Positions 20,258-29,590 of a DNA stretch of 64,000 nt are shown in pieces. The stretch's first letter is position 1. Each line of letters opens with the position of its first letter. The notes beneath the pieces were generated by a model, which was given only the letters and a program-made list of their open reading frames with translations, was not told the origin of the DNA and made no database searches. The stretch is from Polyangiales bacterium (GTDB lineage: Bacteria > Myxococcota_A > Polyangia > Polyangiales > Ga0077539): contig JBGARZ010000001.1 in assembly GCA_044229975.1 (NCBI GenBank), positions 416,001 through 480,000 of the forward strand, read 5' to 3'. A program made the translations under genes and the position numbers.

Positions 20258-20383
20258 CCTGCCTGCCAGACACGGCTCGACCCGTTCCTGGCAGCCTCCC
20301 CTGCCTGCCAGACACGGCTCGACCCGTTCCTGGCTGCCTCCCCTGCCTGCCAGACACGGCTCGACCCGTTCCTGGCTGCCTCC
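20258..20383. repeat. Tandem repeat, 3 x 42 bp
   Basis: Unit CCTGCCTGCCAGACACGGCTCGACCCGTTCCTGGC(A/T)GCCTCC at 20258, 20300, 20342; no spacers. Confidence 0.95.
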
Positions 20384-20418
20384 TGAGGCGGTGCGTCATC
20401 GCTCGCGTCACCCGGCGC

Positions 20419-23400
20419 TCACCCGTCCGCCCCGGCTGTGATCGGTACGACCAGCGTCGTCTCCCCGCCCGTCGTCGTCGGCAGCACCAGGCCCTCCATC
20501 GCCGTCATCAGCGCCGGAACCAACACCGCCCACCCCTCGTCCTCGTCCAGTGTTCGCACCCGCACGACGTGCCCATCCGCGGCGATGGTGAACTCCACCC
20601 GTGCGCGTCCGTGCAGCCCCGGGTTCTCGCGCAGCATGCGCGACACCACCGCGCGCACGCGCACCGAGAGCGCCCGCATCGCGACCTGCCGCTCGTCCTC
20701 GTGGTGCTCGTCCGGCACCGCGCTCATCGGCCTGACCACCGCCGTCGCCCTCGTCGGCGGAGCCGCCTGCACGACATCGACGACCCCGAGGCCCGCCGAC
20801 GGTCCGGCCATCGCGAGGCGACCCGCGAGGGCATACCCACCGCCGCCACCGCTCGACGCAGAGCCATCCGCAAACAGCCCCCCAGGGCGCACCGTCGCCA
20901 CACCCACCACCGCGCTCAACGGCGGCGTCGCGCTCCTCGGCTGCGCCACCCCCGGCGTCGGCGTGGGTGCCTCGTCCACCGCCACGAAGGACGTGTACTC
21001 CGTCACCAGCCCGAAGCGCATGCCCAGCGCCGTCACCTCGTCGCGCATCGCCGCGACCTCGCCCAGCAGCATCGCGCGCGTCAGCTCCTTCACCCGCGCC
21101 CGCGCCCACAGCGACGGCAGCGCGTCCCTCTCCCACGTCGACCGCACCCCCGCGTCGCCCGTCGACGCCGGCAGGTCGACCTCCACCGCGCGCTCCCACC
21201 GCCGACCGCCCACGAGCCCGCGCACCCGGATGGTCCCCCTCCCGCCGCGCGTGTACCGCGCGTGCAGCAGCACCGGCCGGTCGGCATACAGATCGGGCAT
21301 CACCCGCGGAAACGCCTCGCGCACGTCGAGGTCGCCGAAGTCCACGCTCACGTCCGTCAGGCACGGCCGGTCGATCATCGCCGCGAAGCGCGACGCCGCC
21401 ATCGCTGCGTCCTCGCCGGGCGTCACCACGCTGGCCTCCCCGCGGCCCTCCTCCGCGATGGTCTCCAACAGGTACCGATTGACCGCGCTCCCGACGCCCA
21501 GCGTGAACACCCGCGACGCCCCCAGCGCCCCTCTCACGCCCGCCAGGACCGCGCGCTCGTCGCCCACGTAGCCGTCCGACACCACGACCACCACCTTCAA
21601 GCGACCACCCGCCGCTGCGCCCGCGAGCGCCGCGTCGAGCCCCGCGCGCAGCCCCGTCGCTCCGGCCGCCTGGAGCCCGTCGATGAAGGCCAGCGCCCTC
21701 GCCCGGCTCGCGTCATCCACCGTCAACGCGTCGGCGCTCAGCGGCGTCACCACGTCCGAAAACGCCAGCACCCGAAACGCATCCCCGGCGCGCAGCCGCC
21801 GCACCGACTCGCGCAGCACCGCCTTCGCCTGCTCCATCGATCGGCCCCGCATCGAGCTCGACACGTCCACCGCAAACACCACCTCGCGCGGCGTCACCAT
21901 CGCATCAGGAACCCTCGCCTCAGGGTGGATCTGCAACGTCAGGTAGCGCCCATCGGGCCCTTCGGAGGTGAGCACCGACGGCGCGGCCACCGACACCGCC
22001 GGCGCATACCGCAGCACGTAGTCCCGATCGGCCGCGACGCGCGCCGACCGCAGCGCCACCGTGCGCGGCCCCGCTCCGCTGCCGGTGACGTTCACCTCGT
22101 GCGAGGGCGACCCGATGGAGGCGAGCGCCACCCCGAGGCCCACCGTCGCGCGCACCGACGCATCACCCACCGGCTGCGTCGCGAGCGCCCCCGTCGCGCC
22201 CGATCGCAGCGGCAGCACCAGCTCGTACTGCCCATCGCGCCACGCCACCGTCTGAACAAATCGCAGCCGCACCGACACCCGCTCGCCCGGCCGGATGTTG
22301 GCCACCGCCTGCCGAAACAGGTTGGGCCGCTCCTGCTCCAGCAGCGCCGCCGTACGACCGCGCGCCCTCGCCTGCTGGTACGTGCGCCGCGCGTCGCCTC
22401 GCGTCTGCACGCTCCCCTGGATGACCCGCGCGCCGACCCGCAGCTCCATCGCATCGACGGCCGCGTCGCCCGGCAATGGGAAGAGGTACTCCGCGTCGAT
22501 GGTCTGCGCGTGCGGATTGCCAAACTCCTGCGCCACGGTCACCCGCGCCACCGGCCCCTCGACCGTCGCCTCCATCTCCGTGTGAACCATCGGCAGCCGC
22601 TCGCCGCTCGCGCCCGTCGCGCGCAGCGTCCCGGCCGTCGGTCGCTCGTCCTCCGCGGGCGCCGCCTCGCTCGCCGTGAGCCCCGTGTGCGACGCGTTGC
22701 CGCCCCACATGTGCCAGCCGTCGAGCGAACGGTCGCCGATCTCCATCCCGACGACCTTGCCGCGTGTCGTCACCACGTAGACCCAGCCGTTGGCCACCGC
22801 GGGCTGAAACCCGATGGGCTCGCCCACGCGCACCGCCCACGTCGTCTGCCCCGAGTCGATGTCCAACCCGAAGACATCCCCGCCCCGCGTCCCGACCACG
22901 AGCTGCGAGCCCACCACCGCGGGCGACGTCACCCCGCGCACCGCGCCGCCCATCGGGTTGCGCTTGCGCCACACCACCGCGCCCGTCGACTGCGAGCGCG
23001 CCACGATCTCGTCGCCCATCGCCTGGTACACCCGACCGTCCGCCACCGCGGGCCGTGAGCCCTCCCAGGCCCAGCCTGGTTCGGTTCCGCCGGTGTCGGG
23101 TCGCTGCGCTACGTAGCCCGCCCGCACGCCCTCGCCGCGCGTCTCGACGACCCCCGTGCGCGCGTTGATCACCAGCGGCCGCTCATGCCCGCGATCGACC
23201 CGCTGCGCGAGGTAGAGCCGCTCGCCGTCCACGGCCGGGGCGCTCGTCGCCCCCGCGCGCCGCGACCACATCCGTCGGCCGTCGGTGGTGCGCCAGCGGG
23301 CGACGGTTCCGTCCATGAGCGTCGCGTACACGGCGTCGCCGACGACCACCGGCGCGGTCATCACGTCGGCCGTCACGGGCCGCGACCACAGCACCCGCCC

Positions 23401-24072
23401 GTTGCGCAGCGACAGCGCGCCAAACGCAAAGCCCCCGGCGCCCTCGCTCGGCCACGCGGTGAAGACCCGCCCGCCGCCCGACACCGGCTGCGACATCAAC
23501 GGGTCGCCCAGGTACTTCGACCACCGCTGCCTTCCCGTGCGCGTGTCGAACGCGAACAGCGTGCAGCTCTCGGTGTTGAACAGCACCGTCTTGTCGTCGA
23601 CGATGGCCCCCGACGGTCCGCCGTCGGGCGTGTCGGCCTGCCAGCGCAGGGCGCCCGTCACCGCGTCGAGCGCGTACACCGTGGTGCTCGTGAAGCCCGC
23701 GCCGACGTACACCTTGCCGTCGGCGTACGCGGGCGTGATGAGCTGCTGCCCATCGGCGAGCTGGAGCACCCACCCGCGCCGCTGGCCGTGGAAGCGAAAC
23801 GTCGCCGAGCGCCCGAGACCCACCCGCGGCATCGGGAGCTGCCGTGGCGTGACGCGCGACCCGAGGGTGTCGTCGTCGCGCGCATCGTTGGGGTGCGCGA
23901 GCGCGGGCATCGCGTGCGGTACGGCGACCGCCACACCGGGCGCCTCTCGCGGCGTCTCGGCCTGGAGCACCGGGGCAGTGGGAGACGACGGCGCGACGGA
24001 CGAACGCCCCGGGTCGCACGACCCCAGGACGCAGGCCGCCAGCGCGCCCAGAAGGCGTGCGCGGGTGGACAT
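20419..24072 (-). CDS. Lipoprotein: PQQ-like beta-propeller + VIT + vWA + C-terminal TonB/AgmX-like domain
   Basis: Lipobox VLGSC; repeated propeller motifs (ALDAVTGALRW); VIT YLFPLP; MIDAS DVSSSM and VSDG; LVTEYTSFVAVD; C-terminal GRARVEFTIAADGHV. Confidence 0.85.
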   Translation of the reverse strand: MSTRARLLGALAACVLGSCDPGRSSVAPSSPTAPVLQAETPREAPGVAVAVPHAMPALAHPNDARDDDTLGSRVTPRQLPMPRVGLGRSATFRFHGQRRGWVLQLADGQQLITPAYADGKVYVGAGFTSTTVYALDAVTGALRWQADTPDGGPSGAIVDDKTVLFNTESCTLFAFDTRTGRQRWSKYLGDPLMSQPVSGGGRVFTAWPSEGAGGFAFGALSLRNGRVLWSRPVTADVMTAPVVVGDAVYATLMDGTVARWRTTDGRRMWSRRAGATSAPAVDGERLYLAQRVDRGHERPLVINARTGVVETRGEGVRAGYVAQRPDTGGTEPGWAWEGSRPAVADGRVYQAMGDEIVARSQSTGAVVWRKRNPMGGAVRGVTSPAVVGSQLVVGTRGGDVFGLDIDSGQTTWAVRVGEPIGFQPAVANGWVYVVTTRGKVVGMEIGDRSLDGWHMWGGNASHTGLTASEAAPAEDERPTAGTLRATGASGERLPMVHTEMEATVEGPVARVTVAQEFGNPHAQTIDAEYLFPLPGDAAVDAMELRVGARVIQGSVQTRGDARRTYQQARARGRTAALLEQERPNLFRQAVANIRPGERVSVRLRFVQTVAWRDGQYELVLPLRSGATGALATQPVGDASVRATVGLGVALASIGSPSHEVNVTGSGAGPRTVALRSARVAADRDYVLRYAPAVSVAAPSVLTSEGPDGRYLTLQIHPEARVPDAMVTPREVVFAVDVSSSMRGRSMEQAKAVLRESVRRLRAGDAFRVLAFSDVVTPLSADALTVDDASRARALAFIDGLQAAGATGLRAGLDAALAGAAAGGRLKVVVVVSDGYVGDERAVLAGVRGALGASRVFTLGVGSAVNRYLLETIAEEGRGEASVVTPGEDAAMAASRFAAMIDRPCLTDVSVDFGDLDVREAFPRVMPDLYADRPVLLHARYTRGGRGTIRVRGLVGGRRWERAVEVDLPASTGDAGVRSTWERDALPSLWARARVKELTRAMLLGEVAAMRDEVTALGMRFGLVTEYTSFVAVDEAPTPTPGVAQPRSATPPLSAVVGVATVRPGGLFADGSASSGGGGGYALAGRLAMAGPSAGLGVVDVVQAAPPTRATAVVRPMSAVPDEHHEDERQVAMRALSVRVRAVVSRMLRENPGLHGRARVEFTIAADGHVVRVRTLDEDEGWAVLVPALMTAMEGLVLPTTTGGETTLVVPITAGADG

Positions 24073-24120
24073 GGCTACGCGCTATGACGCCCGACCCGGC
24101 CGAAGGTTTGCGCGAATCGC

Positions 24121-26775
24121 CTACGCCTGCGCGGGCGCGAGCATGGGCAGGCGGAGGACGAAGGTGGTGCCCTTGCCGCGCTCGCTCTCGACGGTGACGG
24201 TTCCGCCGAGGCCGTGCACCACGCGCCAGACGATGGTGAGCCCGAGGCCGAGGCCCTTGCCCGGCGCCTTCGTCGTGAAGAAGGGCGTGAAGATGCGCGC
24301 GCGGTCTTCGGGCGAGATGCCGTAGCCGTTGTCGCTCACGGAGATCACCGCCACGCCGTTGTCGCGCGACCCGCGCACCACCACGCGACCGGTCTCCTCC
24401 TCGCAGGCTTCGACGGCGTTTTGCACCAGGTTGGAGATCGCCTGATGCACCTCCTCGGGGACGCACTCGACGAAGGCTTCACCTTCCAGTTCGAGTACGA
24501 GCTCCACGGCGCGACCCGTCGACGAGGTCACCAGCGCGGCGACGTCCCTCGCGCCCGCGAAGATGTCGTGCGAGCGCGCCACCCGGGCGAAGCCCTCGCG
24601 GCTGTACCGCCGCATGAGCGCCACCGTCTCGCCGATGCGCGTGAGCCCCGACTGGGCCGTCTCGAACATCTTCAGCGTCCGTGTCTCCAGCTTCGTGATC
24701 TTGGCGCGCTCGGCGTCGGCCTCGGTCAGCGTCCCCGTCAGCTTGAACACCTCGGTCACATCGAGACGCACCCGCAGAAACGCGTTGCGCACGTAGTTGA
24801 GCGGGTTGTTGATCTCGTGCGCGAGGCCGCCCGCGATGGTCTCCAGCGAGTCCATCTGCTGGGTGAGCACCCGGTCGGCGGTGCGCTCGCTCGCCGCGGC
24901 GTGCTTCTGCACCGTCGCCAGGAGCTCGCGGTTGTTGAAGGGCTTGGTGAGGTACTCGGTGACCCCCGAGTCGATGCCGTGCAGGCGGTCGTCGACCTCG
25001 CCGCGGGCCGTGAGCATCAGCACGGGCGTGTGCCGCGTGCGCGGGTCGGCGCGGAGCTGCCGGGTCATCTCGTAGCCGTCCATCTCGGGCATCATCAGGT
25101 CGGTGATGATCACGTCGGGCAGGTGCTTGAGCGCGAGCTCCAGGCCCCGCGCACCGTTGGGCGCCGTAAACAGCCTGAACTGCTGGCGCAGCACCGTGTG
25201 GATGACCCGCACGACCTCCACGGTGTCCTCCACCACCAGCACGGTGCGACCGCGCGAGTCCTCGTCGGCGTCGCGCTCCACCACGCGGCGCTCGGTCGCG
25301 TCGGAGACGTCCAGCAGGCGAAACTCGTCGCGCTCGGCGAACTGCGCCGTCCAGTCGTTGACCGCCGGGTCCGACCGCCGCTCGTTGGGGACGTCGTTGG
25401 TGCGGTCGCGCCGCTCCAACGCGTCGGCCGGGAAGTGCGCGCGCCCCTTGTGCAACGTCACGGTGAAGGTCGCCCCCTCGCCCGGCACTCCCGCCGCCGA
25501 GATCACTCCCCCGTGGAGCTCGACGAGCTCGCGCGCGAGGGCGAGGCCGATGCCCGTGCCGCCCTGCGTGTAGCGGTTCTGCGCGGTCTCGCTGTCGACC
25601 TGGAAGAAGCGCTCGAAGAGCCGCTCGGCGAGCTCCGGGGGAAAGCCCACGCCCGTGTCGGCCACCGAGACGATCACGTCACGGTCCGTGTCGACGAGCT
25701 TGATGGTGATGGTGCCGCCCTCGGGCGTGTGCTTCGAGGCGTTGGAGAGCAGGTTGATGAAGACGCGCTCCATCCGGTCGAGGTCGCAGTACACCTCGGT
25801 GCGCTCGACGTTGCTCTCGAAGCGCAGCTCGATCTGCTTGCGCTCGGTGAGCGGCGCGATCTGCGCGGCCAGGCCCCGCAGCCACAGCACGAGGTCCTGC
25901 GGCTTCACCCGCAGCCGCAGCCGCGACTCCTCCAGCTTCGACAGGTCGAGCAGGTCGCCGATGAGCCGCAGGAGGCGAGAGCCCGACTGGTACACCGAGC
26001 GCAACGTCGCGCGCTGCGGGTCGGTGAGCGCCCCGGAGTCACCCTCGATCATCAGCTCCAGCGGCGACAGGATGAGCGCGAGCGGGGTCTTCAGCTCGTG
26101 GGTCACGTTGGCGAAGAAGCGCGACTTGAACGCGTCGAGGCGCTGGAGCTCACCGTGCGCGCGGGCGAGCGTCTCCCCGGCGGCCTCCAGCTTCACCCGG
26201 TTCTCCACCTGCTCGCGGGCGCGGCCGTAGCCGAACACCTGCGCCGTGCTCACGATGGCCGCCGTCGACACCACGAAGAAGCAGTGGATGAGCGCCTCGG
26301 GGTCGAGACGGCTCGTCAGCGCGCCGAGGTTGGAGAGCACAAACGACGCCGCGATGGACCCGTGCGTCGCGACGGCGACGGACTTCGGCCAGTGGAAGAG
26401 CATCCCCCCGCCGAGCATCACCATCATGAGCCCGGGGTAGTACGGGCTCTGCACGCCGCCCAGCACCAGGGTCATCACCGTGATGCTGAAGCCCACGAAG
26501 GCCATGTACGCGCCCGTCACGACGGTGCCGTAGCGGGGAAACGGCTCCATGCGCCGGAAGCGCGCGAGGGCCAGCGACACGAAGATGCCCGTGAAGCGCG
26601 TGCCCAGGAGCAGCGGCAGGTACCGCCGCGGAGCCGTGAGCACGTCGAGCCCGGCGAAGACGGTGTGCAGCGCGATGACGAGGATGAGCGCGAAGAGGGA
26701 GCCGCGGCGGTTGTGCTCCGTGAGCCAGGTGCGCCAGGCGCGCTCGACCTGGGCCCCTTCGACGAAGACGCTCAT
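24121..26775 (-). CDS. Membrane hybrid sensor kinase with two kinase modules (TM-HisKA-HATPase-REC-HisKA-HATPase), PhcS-like
   Basis: About 6 TM with GGVQSPYYPGL; THELKTPL; REC TDLMMP; AHEINNPL; two HATPase G-boxes. Confidence 0.88.
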   Translation of the reverse strand: MSVFVEGAQVERAWRTWLTEHNRRGSLFALILVIALHTVFAGLDVLTAPRRYLPLLLGTRFTGIFVSLALARFRRMEPFPRYGTVVTGAYMAFVGFSITVMTLVLGGVQSPYYPGLMMVMLGGGMLFHWPKSVAVATHGSIAASFVLSNLGALTSRLDPEALIHCFFVVSTAAIVSTAQVFGYGRAREQVENRVKLEAAGETLARAHGELQRLDAFKSRFFANVTHELKTPLALILSPLELMIEGDSGALTDPQRATLRSVYQSGSRLLRLIGDLLDLSKLEESRLRLRVKPQDLVLWLRGLAAQIAPLTERKQIELRFESNVERTEVYCDLDRMERVFINLLSNASKHTPEGGTITIKLVDTDRDVIVSVADTGVGFPPELAERLFERFFQVDSETAQNRYTQGGTGIGLALARELVELHGGVISAAGVPGEGATFTVTLHKGRAHFPADALERRDRTNDVPNERRSDPAVNDWTAQFAERDEFRLLDVSDATERRVVERDADEDSRGRTVLVVEDTVEVVRVIHTVLRQQFRLFTAPNGARGLELALKHLPDVIITDLMMPEMDGYEMTRQLRADPRTRHTPVLMLTARGEVDDRLHGIDSGVTEYLTKPFNNRELLATVQKHAAASERTADRVLTQQMDSLETIAGGLAHEINNPLNYVRNAFLRVRLDVTEVFKLTGTLTEADAERAKITKLETRTLKMFETAQSGLTRIGETVALMRRYSREGFARVARSHDIFAGARDVAALVTSSTGRAVELVLELEGEAFVECVPEEVHQAISNLVQNAVEACEEETGRVVVRGSRDNGVAVISVSDNGYGISPEDRARIFTPFFTTKAPGKGLGLGLTIVWRVVHGLGGTVTVESERGKGTTFVLRLPMLAPAQA

Positions 26776-28322
26776 TCGTGTCGGTGGATCGCCACGAAGG
26801 GGTTATACCCCGACGCCTCCTCCAGCGGTTCGATGTCCACATCGGCCGCGCAGTCCGCGGCGATGGAGTGGAGTTCTTCGCGGGTGCGGTAGATGACGAA
26901 CCAGTCGAGGTGGTGCTCCAGCAGCCAGCGGGTGCGCAGCTCGGGCACGACGTTGCCGACGAAGAGGGTCCCGCCCGGGGAGAGGCTCGCCACGAGGTTG
27001 GAGCACAGCGCCACCGCGTTGGGGCGAGGGAGGTAGTCGAGCAGCCCGGAGCACACCACGAGGTCGAAGGGCCCCTGCCGCGCGTACACCGTCGGCCCCT
27101 TGAGCAGCTCGCGGATGGACTCGTGGAGGAAGACCAGCTTCACCTCGCCGGGTGCGTTTTCCGCGAGCGGGCGCAGCCGCGAGAGCGAGTACGACAGGGC
27201 GTCGCGGGCCTGGTCGAAGAGCACGCAGCGCAGCGGGCGATGCCCCGGCCGCAGCCCGCGCAGAAGCTCCAGCACCTCCTCGCAGGGGCCGCTGCCCACC
27301 AGCGCGATGGAGATGGGCTTCGCCCCGGGCTCGTGCACGCGGAGGGACATCTGGTCGCGGAGGAGGTCCTTGCGGCCGCGGATCATGCGCGCGCCGTCGG
27401 TCTCCGTCGCCGCGAGATGGAGCGCGCGGGAGAAGAGGTTCGCCCCCTCGAAGCGGCTCTCGTAGATGTACTTCATGAGGATGAAGTCACCGGGGTAGCC
27501 GAGGGGCTTGCTGCGTGCGCGGTGGAAGAAGGGCGCCTGCATCAACAGCGGGTCGAGGTGCCGCTGCGAGAGGTGACGGAGCGCGACGGACTCCTCGGGG
27601 CTGGCGCCGCGGAGGGCCTCGTCGATGTGGCGTTCGAGGCCGAGGAAGTTGCGCACGAAGCCGCCGTGCAGCTCCTCGATGAGCACCTCGCGCAGGGGCG
27701 CGTCGCCGGTGCCGTTGACCACCTCGAAGGGCAGGTCGTTTTCCAGGCGCGTGAGCTGCTCGCGGGCGTCTTCGAGGAAGAGCCGCATCTCGCAGACGCC
27801 TGCCTTGTAGGTGTCGTTGCCGGGCGCCGACCAGGCCCGCGAGCGGTGGTCGAGGTCGAGCAGTCCGCCGCCGCGCGCGCTGCGCACCTGCTGGAGCGTG
27901 AGCAGGTCGTCGGTGTTGAGCAGCCCCTCCAAGAACGACCCGCCGACGATGGTCTCGGCGCCCTCCTCGCGCACCGAGATCACCTGGAGCCCGCCGCGGT
28001 ACACCTCGCGCTGGTCGACGGTGATGGTCACCGGGTCGAACACCGCGGCCACCTCCGGCACCTCCGCCTCGGGGGGCCAGTGCAGGGCCACGCCGTTTTG
28101 CGACACGTCGCGCAGCTCGCAGTCGACGGTGCGGGTCGGGTGCGGGATGTGCGCCCTCAGCTCCAGCGCCGCGAGCCGGGCCCGCGCGATGCGATCGGGA
28201 CGGAAAAACGCCGCCGCACCAGTGCCGCCGGGCAGGCTCACATAGGCCGCGCCGGGGTTGCTCGACGGCCATGACAGCCGCTGCCCGCGGTCGAGTTCCG
28301 ACCGCTCATCATCGTTGGACAC
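26772..28322 (-). CDS. PhcB-like SAM-dependent methyltransferase with N-terminal PilZ-like region
   Basis: RPDR and DVSQNG PilZ-like motifs; KPLGYPGD, VGSGP, SGLLDYL, LSPGGTLFVGN, DWFVIYR; PhcB likeness from recalled motifs. Confidence 0.7.
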   Translation of the reverse strand: MSNDDERSELDRGQRLSWPSSNPGAAYVSLPGGTGAAAFFRPDRIARARLAALELRAHIPHPTRTVDCELRDVSQNGVALHWPPEAEVPEVAAVFDPVTITVDQREVYRGGLQVISVREEGAETIVGGSFLEGLLNTDDLLTLQQVRSARGGGLLDLDHRSRAWSAPGNDTYKAGVCEMRLFLEDAREQLTRLENDLPFEVVNGTGDAPLREVLIEELHGGFVRNFLGLERHIDEALRGASPEESVALRHLSQRHLDPLLMQAPFFHRARSKPLGYPGDFILMKYIYESRFEGANLFSRALHLAATETDGARMIRGRKDLLRDQMSLRVHEPGAKPISIALVGSGPCEEVLELLRGLRPGHRPLRCVLFDQARDALSYSLSRLRPLAENAPGEVKLVFLHESIRELLKGPTVYARQGPFDLVVCSGLLDYLPRPNAVALCSNLVASLSPGGTLFVGNVVPELRTRWLLEHHLDWFVIYRTREELHSIAADCAADVDIEPLEEASGYNPFVAIHRHE

Positions 28323-28331
28323 GCTCTCTCC

Positions 28332-29528
28332 TCAGCTTCGCTTCAGCTCGATCACGAACCGCGCGCCCGTGCCCGGCGGCTCCGGTCGCACCCACCGGAT
28401 GGTGCCGCCGTGCTGCTCCATGATGAGCCGGCACATGTAGAGGCCCATGCCGAGACCCGCGACGCCCTTGGTGCTCTCGAAGGGGTCGAACAGCCGCGCC
28501 GCGATCTCCGCCGCCACGCCGGGCCCCTGGTCTTGCACCGCGATGGACACGGACGACTCCGTCGCCGACGCCTCCACGAGGATGGTCTGCGGCGCGTCGG
28601 TGGACTGCATCGCGTTGCGCAGGAGGTTGACCAGCACCTGGAGCAGCCGCGCGCGATCGCACTGCACCCGCGGGAGGCCGGCCTCGATCTGCACCTCGCA
28701 GCGCGAGCGGCGCTGCTCCATCTCCAGGCCCGCGAGGATGACGGCGTCTTGCACCACCTCGCCGAGGTCGACCGCCTCGACTTGTAGCGAGAGCCCGCCG
28801 GCCGCGAACTGATGGAGCGTGCTGAGCGTGCTCATCAGGTTGCGCGTGGCCGACACGCCGACGCGCAGCGCCGACATGAGCCGCGGCGCGACGTGCTGCG
28901 ACTCGAAGAGGCTCTCGATGAGGGTCAAGCCCCCGAGGGTGTTGCGGAGGTCGTGGGTGATGCCCGCCGTGAGCCGACCGAGGGTGCCCAGCCGCTCCAG
29001 GTGGAGCATCTTCTGCTGCGTCGCGCGCAGCTCGTCGAAGGCCGCCTTGAGCTCGTCGCTCTGCGCCGCGAGCTTCGCCAAGAGCTGCGCGTTGAGCCGC
29101 CGCTGCTGCACCATCGCGCTCGCCTGCGCGACGGCGCCGAGGAGGTCTTCCGGCTCCCAGGGCTTGTGCAGGTGGCGGAAGACCCGCGCCCGGTTGATGG
29201 CGTCGACCAGCACCGGCGTGTCGGTGAAGGCCGTGAGCAGGATGCCCGCCACGTCGGGGCTGCGGTTTTGCACCACCGTGAGCAGCTCGATGCCCGTCAT
29301 GCCGGGCATGCGCTGGTCGGCCACGATGACGTCGAACTGCACCTCGTCGAGGAGCGTGAGCGCGAGCTCCGCCGACTGCGCCTCGTGGACCACGTAGTCC
29401 GCTTCGAGAAACGCACGCAGCACGTCGAGGTTGCCCGTGTCGTCGTCGACCACGAGAACCTGTCGGGTGAGCGTCTCGCCGATCCCGTGGCGGGTGGCGA
29501 GCGCCGCGAGCACGTCGGGCTCTAGCAC
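28332..29528 (-). CDS. Hybrid response regulator/histidine kinase (REC-HisKA-HATPase), PhcR-like
   Basis: VLVVDD, DQRMPGMTG, KPW; THDLRN; NLLRNA, DQGPG, GLGMGL. Confidence 0.88.
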   Translation of the reverse strand: MLEPDVLAALATRHGIGETLTRQVLVVDDDTGNLDVLRAFLEADYVVHEAQSAELALTLLDEVQFDVIVADQRMPGMTGIELLTVVQNRSPDVAGILLTAFTDTPVLVDAINRARVFRHLHKPWEPEDLLGAVAQASAMVQQRRLNAQLLAKLAAQSDELKAAFDELRATQQKMLHLERLGTLGRLTAGITHDLRNTLGGLTLIESLFESQHVAPRLMSALRVGVSATRNLMSTLSTLHQFAAGGLSLQVEAVDLGEVVQDAVILAGLEMEQRRSRCEVQIEAGLPRVQCDRARLLQVLVNLLRNAMQSTDAPQTILVEASATESSVSIAVQDQGPGVAAEIAARLFDPFESTKGVAGLGMGLYMCRLIMEQHGGTIRWVRPEPPGTGARFVIELKRS

Positions 29529-29590
29529 CCGCGCAGTCTATGCTTCGCCCATCGGGCGCTTCAACAGCGAAGTGTCCGATTGTCGGACGG

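Noticed and set aside
20258..20383. CRISPR array
   Set aside because: Units are directly adjacent with no unique spacers, and there are no cas genes in the window
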